From assembly GCA_041663005.1 (NCBI GenBank), contig JBAZRK010000002.1, forward strand, positions 205,402 through 269,401: DNA of 64,000 nucleotides, read 5' to 3'. The notes below the pieces were generated by a model. That model was given only the letters and a program-made list of their open reading frames with translations, had not been told where the DNA came from and searched no databases. Positions within the stretch are counted from its first letter, which is position 1. Every line of letters starts with the position of its first letter. Positions 56,284 to 64,000 of this stretch are shown here, one piece after another. This DNA is from Minisyncoccota bacterium. GTDB taxonomy: Bacteria; Patescibacteriota; Minisyncoccia; Phycocordibacterales; UBA9973. The position numbers and the translations under genes were made by a program.

Positions 56284-56904
56284 ATGATTAAATTACATCA
56301 AGTAAAATCTTCTATTATGCTTCGCAAGACGCGCCCTCATTTATATAGCGGATATACAATTATTGAAACAATGATTTCGATCTCTCTGTTTCTGGTAGTA
56401 GTGATGTCGGGAATGGGTGCGCTTCTAAACGCAAATTTAGTGCACGAAAAGTCCCAGGATATGCGAGGGATCATAGACAGCCTTAGTTTCATTATGGAGG
56501 ATATGGCGCGCAACCTACGGGTAGGCTACGATTTTCACTGTATAGATAATGGTGATCTTAATACAATTTTTGCGCACAGCTGTGAATATGGTGGAGGTAT
56601 TTCTTTCAAGTCTTCCCTTGCTGATGGTGGTGGACAATGGATTTATTATATAAAAAATGATGGCACAATTCATAAACGATATACAGACGCAGAGGGTGTT
56701 CTTCACGAGTATCAGCTTACTCCGCCAGATGTAGTGATCGATGACATTTCTGGATTTTCCGTATTGGGGGCTGAGTCACCATCTTTGGGTAACACACAGC
56801 AGCCTTTTATAACGATCCGTTTGGTGGGGAAAGTAAAGTATCATGATGTCGAGACACCCTTTTCTCTGCAAACCTCAACTTCCGCTCGCTTAATCGATTT
56901 ATAA
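56284..56904 (+). CDS. minor pilin-like protein
   Basis: …YSG|YTIIETMISISLF prepilin N-terminus. Confidence 0.5.
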   Translation: MIKLHQVKSSIMLRKTRPHLYSGYTIIETMISISLFLVVVMSGMGALLNANLVHEKSQDMRGIIDSLSFIMEDMARNLRVGYDFHCIDNGDLNTIFAHSCEYGGGISFKSSLADGGGQWIYYIKNDGTIHKRYTDAEGVLHEYQLTPPDVVIDDISGFSVLGAESPSLGNTQQPFITIRLVGKVKYHDVETPFSLQTSTSARLIDL

Positions 56905-56906
56905 AA

Positions 56907-57488
56907 ATGAAATCTAAATTTTTTAAAAATAAAAACACCGGTTACACCTTGATTGAAACGCTCGTAGCGCTATCAATTTTTAGCATCTCTATCTTAGGGA
57001 TTTTGGTAACTTTATCACAGAGTGTTGCGGATACAAGCTATGCGCAGAAGAAAGTTGTGGCGGCTTACCTCGCACAGGAGGGGATAGAGTACGTCAGGAA
57101 TTTGCGCGACACCTATATGATTTATAACACCAACAATCCGAAAACCGGTTGGTCTGATTTCACGAGTAGATTGCTCACGGATGGTTGCGATATCGGTTGT
57201 TATTTTGACCCAGCTGAACTGGTTTTTACGGATGAGACTCAACCAATGTTGGATTTAGGCATATATCCTTGTGACGCAGAAATTTGTCCTAATTACCTTG
57301 TTTATAATCAAACTACCGGCGAGTATGGCTATAGCGCTTTAGGCGAGAATACTGGTCTCAGACGGACCATCAGAGCAGAGCAAGTAAATGCCAACGAGGA
57401 AAAGATTACCTCTATTGTTTCCTGGGAACAAGGTTCCGGCAGTTACAGCGTTGAACTTTCTGACAACTTGTTTAATTGGATAGAATAG
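56907..57488 (+). CDS. minor pilin-like protein
   Basis: …NTG|YTLIETLVALSIF prepilin N-terminus. Confidence 0.5.
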   Translation: MKSKFFKNKNTGYTLIETLVALSIFSISILGILVTLSQSVADTSYAQKKVVAAYLAQEGIEYVRNLRDTYMIYNTNNPKTGWSDFTSRLLTDGCDIGCYFDPAELVFTDETQPMLDLGIYPCDAEICPNYLVYNQTTGEYGYSALGENTGLRRTIRAEQVNANEEKITSIVSWEQGSGSYSVELSDNLFNWIE

Positions 57489-57492
57489 ATTT

Positions 57493-61133
<3,641 letters not shown>

Positions 61134-61178
61134 AATACTGAAAGCGCTTAGTATATCATATATGATAGATTAAGGGTT

Positions 61179-61202
61179 ATGTACGTAATATATTACGTAC
61201 AT
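61179..61202. repeat. perfect 24-nt palindrome ATGTACGTAATATATTACGTACAT (copy 2), with adjacent palindromes TATCATATATGATA and TTACATATGTAA
   Basis: Exact inverted repeat; lies between the convergent ligA and the minus-strand CsaA/tRNA-Ser unit. Confidence 0.65.
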
Positions 61203-61226
61203 AATGTACTTACATATGTAAGGAGA

Positions 61227-61550
61227 TTAGCGGACGATACTTCCAGGCTCTACGTCCTCTGCAGGGTGGAGTAGGATGGGGGCGTCGCCAGAACTCGCCG
61301 CAAGCATCATACCCTGACTTTCCAGTCCGCGCATTTTGCGAGGCTCGAGGTTTACAATGAAAGGCATTTCTTTGCCCGGGAGTGTCGAAAGATCGGCTAC
61401 GAATTCCGCAATGCCCGCTAGTATCTGCCTCTCCTCGGTGCCGAAATTTACCATCATTCGCACTAGTTTATCTGAGTCCGGAATTCTCTCCGCGGAAATT
61501 ACTTTCCCTATTCGTATATCTAATTTTTTGAAATCTTCTATTGTAATCAT
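61227..61550 (-). CDS. tRNA-binding protein (CsaA/Trbp111-like OB-fold domain)
   Basis: DIRIGKVISAERIPDSDKLVRMMVNFG…RQILAGIAEF…NLEPRKMRGLESQGMMLAA is the Trbp111/MetRS C-domain signature. The start was moved to the ATG at 61550 because the track ORF overlaps the tRNA. Confidence 0.6.
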   Translation of the reverse strand: MITIEDFKKLDIRIGKVISAERIPDSDKLVRMMVNFGTEERQILAGIAEFVADLSTLPGKEMPFIVNLEPRKMRGLESQGMMLAASSGDAPILLHPAEDVEPGSIVR

Positions 61551-61578
61551 AAAAATAAGTTCTGATTTCGAATTTTTG

Positions 61579-61663
61579 CGGAGGGTAGGAGATTCGAACT
61601 CCTGGTGGATTGCTCCACACACGCTTTCCAAGCGTGCGCACTAGACCGCTATGCGAACCCTCC
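61579..61663 (-). tRNA. tRNA-Ser (anticodon GGA), long variable arm
   Basis: Reverse complement GGAGGGT-TC-GCA-TAGCGGTCTAG-TGC-G-CACGC-TTGGAAA-GCGTG-…-AGGAG-TTCGAAT-CTCCT-ACCCTCC-G. Confidence 0.65.
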
Positions 61664-61801
61664 TGACACTCCTAAATATACACGATTTTTTACACAAAGA
61701 AAGCTTGTAATCAGCGCAGTTGCCAAATCGGCATAAAGTTGTAGAATGAAAAATAAGGTAGTTTTTCACCTTTTTCATTATAAATTAAGGGTAAAAATGT
61801 T

Positions 61802-62686
61802 ATGAAAACAAAAATTTTAAAAATCCTGGTCATCATTATGGTTGTGTTTTTCGCAGCTCGCGCCGAAGCTACCTCAGTAGTTTATGGTAGTGGTGCTTGT
61901 AGTTTTACCCGTGATTTATATCAGGGTATGTACGGAGAAGACGTGCGTTGTCTTCAACAGTATCTAAGCACCAACGTCAACACAGCATCTGCTTATGGTT
62001 ATTACGGAACATCGTACCCATCATACATCGTAGCAGATGGATATTATGGTCCAATGACTGTCCAAGCAGTAATGCAGTGGCAAGCAGCGCGCGGTATTTA
62101 TTCTGCCTACGGTACTTTTGATGCAACTTCACGTGCCAAGTATTACGAGCTCAATGGTTCTGGTTACGGCACTCCTTCCTACGGTTATAGCGCCTCTGAA
62201 CAGAAAGCTTACCAAAAGATACAAGAAGCTCTGCGGATGATTGAAGATGCCCAAGATGAAATAGACGATTCGAATAAAAATACCAGCACTGCAGAGAACG
62301 AACTTGAGGATGCTCGCGACGATCTTCTCGATGCAGTGCATGAATATTTCATAAACCGAGACTTCGAAGAAGCCTATGACCTTGCTGACGATGCATTGCA
62401 AAATGCGGAGGATGCTTTTGATGATGCAGGTGGTTCAAACGGTAGTAAGAGTGATGCCAAAGACGCCATTGATGATGCGGAGAATGCTATCAATGATGCG
62501 CAGGACGAAATAGATTACTGGGATGATCGAGGTAGGGACGTGGATGATGCTCAAGACCTTCTAGACGACGCGCAGGAAAAGCTCGATGATGCCGACGATG
62601 AGTATGACGATGGTGACTATGATAACGCTGAAGATTACGCTCGCGACGCAGAGGACTTGGCCCAGGAAGCAATGGATGCCATATAG
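61802..62686 (+). CDS. secreted protein with a peptidoglycan-binding-like domain and an Asp-rich repetitive C-terminus
   Basis: Signal peptide MKTKILKILVIIMVVFFAARAEA; YGPMTVQAVMQWQAARGI (PG_binding_1-like); DDAxDxxDDA repeats. Confidence 0.45.
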   Translation: MKTKILKILVIIMVVFFAARAEATSVVYGSGACSFTRDLYQGMYGEDVRCLQQYLSTNVNTASAYGYYGTSYPSYIVADGYYGPMTVQAVMQWQAARGIYSAYGTFDATSRAKYYELNGSGYGTPSYGYSASEQKAYQKIQEALRMIEDAQDEIDDSNKNTSTAENELEDARDDLLDAVHEYFINRDFEEAYDLADDALQNAEDAFDDAGGSNGSKSDAKDAIDDAENAINDAQDEIDYWDDRGRDVDDAQDLLDDAQEKLDDADDEYDDGDYDNAEDYARDAEDLAQEAMDAI

Positions 62687-63481
62687 ATGAAGTTGGGAAA
62701 AGTAATTTTACTTAACAAAAAAGAAGGCGAAACGCCCCTAGAATGCTTGGGGCGTTTTCGCTTGAGAAATCGCGCATATAAAAACGAAAAGATGACATAC
62801 GCCGGGCGCCTCGACCCTATGGCGAGAGGCCTCTTACTAGTGCTTGTGGGGGAGGAAGTTAAAAATAAAGACAAGTATTTAAAACTGGATAAGGAATATG
62901 AATTCGAAATTCTCGTTGGTTTTGCCACGGACACTTACGACATCTTGGGCAAAATACAACATTCTCACATTCTTGAGAATGTTGGAATGTTAAAATTGGA
63001 GGAATGGGAAAGAGATATAAGAAATAATTTAAAACATTTTAGAAGAAAATTTACCCAGAAATATCCAATATATTCTTCTAAAACCGTGAAAGGCAAACAG
63101 CTGTGGCAGTATGGTCGGAATGCAGAAGAAGTAGAAATCCCGGAAAGAGAAGTAAGTGTAAAAAAATTGCAATTCCTAAAAATAAGACGCATTAGTGCCA
63201 AAAAATTACTTGAAGTAATAGAGCGTCGAATTAAAAAAGTTGAAGGACATTTCCGTCAGAAAGAAATTATAAAACTGTGGCGCAAACATTTAGTCAAGGA
63301 TCCCTCGGCGCGTTTAGTCCTGGCAAATTTTAAAATAAAATGTAGCAGTGGGACTTACGTCCGTGGCATAGCCCACTCCCTGGGTGAGAAAATGGGCGCC
63401 CCCGCGCTGGCATTCTCGATTAAGAGGACAACGATAGGAAAATTTGGTAAGATATCGGGATGGAAGCGCAAACAATACTAA
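62687..63481 (+). CDS. truB: tRNA pseudouridine(55) synthase
   Basis: GRLDPMARGLLLVLVGEE contains the catalytic Asp motif. Confidence 0.7.
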   Translation: MKLGKVILLNKKEGETPLECLGRFRLRNRAYKNEKMTYAGRLDPMARGLLLVLVGEEVKNKDKYLKLDKEYEFEILVGFATDTYDILGKIQHSHILENVGMLKLEEWERDIRNNLKHFRRKFTQKYPIYSSKTVKGKQLWQYGRNAEEVEIPEREVSVKKLQFLKIRRISAKKLLEVIERRIKKVEGHFRQKEIIKLWRKHLVKDPSARLVLANFKIKCSSGTYVRGIAHSLGEKMGAPALAFSIKRTTIGKFGKISGWKRKQY

Positions 63482-64000
63482 CAATCTTGTTCGGGGTTAT
63501 CGTAACCGGGTTTATGATTCTAGACCTGGGCTTTTTCAACAAGCAGAGTCATAAAATAGAATTTAAGGCTGCGCTGTATCAGTCAATTTTCTGGATAGCC
63601 ATATCTCTGGTTTTCGGTCTGCTGATTTACATATTTATCGGGAAAGTTATGGCAGTGGAGTTTCTAAGCGCGTATGTTACCGAGAAAATGCTTTCGGTGG
63701 ACAACCTCTTCGTCATAATGCTTATTTTCAGTTACTTTAAGCTTGAAGAAAAATATCACCACCGGGCGCTTTTCTGGGGAATTCTCGGGGCCATAATTTT
63801 CCGAGGAATTTTCATCAGCGCGGGCGCCTTCATAATTCATCAATTCTACTGGGTGCTGTACATCTTCGGTGCCATCTTACTCTACACCGGAGTTAAACTC
63901 TTGGTGGAGAAAAAAGAAGAACATATAGATTTCAAGCACAATAAAATTATTAAGTTCGCCCATAAAATTTTCCCTTTCACCGATACCCACCACGGAGGCA
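63460..64000 (+). CDS. TerC-family integral membrane protein (3' end beyond the window)
   Basis: The frame is open from ATG 63460 to the window end; EKMLSVDNLFVIM TerC motif; multiple TM helices. Confidence 0.55.
   Translation, partial: MEAQTILTILFGVIVTGFMILDLGFFNKQSHKIEFKAALYQSIFWIAISLVFGLLIYIFIGKVMAVEFLSAYVTEKMLSVDNLFVIMLIFSYFKLEEKYHHRALFWGILGAIIFRGIFISAGAFIIHQFYWVLYIFGAILLYTGVKLLVEKKEEHIDFKHNKIIKFAHKIFPFTDTHHGG

Noticed and set aside
61551-61631. N-terminal 27 codons of the track ORF 61227..61631 (MESVCG…)
   Set aside because: This segment overlaps the tRNA-Ser(GGA) gene on the same strand. CsaA/Trbp111 homology starts at the internal Met (MITIEDF…), so the start was moved to 61550.

Overview
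This 64 kb window reads as core chromosomal DNA from a low-GC bacterium, and several traits suggest a Candidate Phyla Radiation (Patescibacteria)-like lineage. Ribosomal protein L30 is absent between S5 and L15. The type IV pilus/competence locus has no secretin. Most genes lack Shine-Dalgarno sites and instead share an 'AAATAAT..ATG' start context, and many promoters have an extended -10 (TGnTATAAT) placed 7-10 nt before the ATG, implying leaderless mRNAs.

Gene content in order: a charged hypothetical protein; fusA; pyrD-like, pyrE, pyrF; a stand-alone receiver domain; tuf followed by the S10/spc ribosomal cluster (S10 to SecY); a TrmB-like regulator; a GC-rich two-gene island; cmk-like, adk, archaeal-type pyrH, map; a 921-aa soluble TraD/VirD4-like ATPase; ndk; a beta-CASP ribonuclease; a LOG/TIGR00725-like protein; rplT-rpmI-infC on the minus strand; smpB with an apparent tmRNA; ftsH; tRNA-Ile(UAU); a cobalamin module (ECF S-component-like membrane protein, class II ribonucleotide reductase, PduO-type adenosyltransferase) interrupted by an AT-rich insertion; recG; two tRNA-Ser genes; mscL; a Nudix hydrolase; Cu/Zn superoxide dismutase; an ATP-grasp protein; a complete type IV pilus/competence locus (comFC, pilMNO(P)B, receiver, pilT, pilC, two pilins, pilD, four minor-pilin-like genes); ligA; a CsaA-like tRNA-binding protein; a secreted peptidoglycan-binding protein; truB; and a partial terC.

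Candidates for novelty, most interesting first:
1. A ~0.9 kb GC-rich, SD-bearing two-gene island inserted between the TrmB-like regulator and cmk.
2. A ~1.5 kb AT-rich insertion encoding a 475-aa membrane protein, flanked by a synonymously diverged 54-bp duplicate of the pduO 5' end.
3. The soluble TraD/VirD4-like ATPase sitting in a housekeeping context.
4. Three families of conserved intergenic elements in the ribosomal cluster and at the tRNA-Ser loci.

No CRISPR array or recognisable transposase/IS element was seen.
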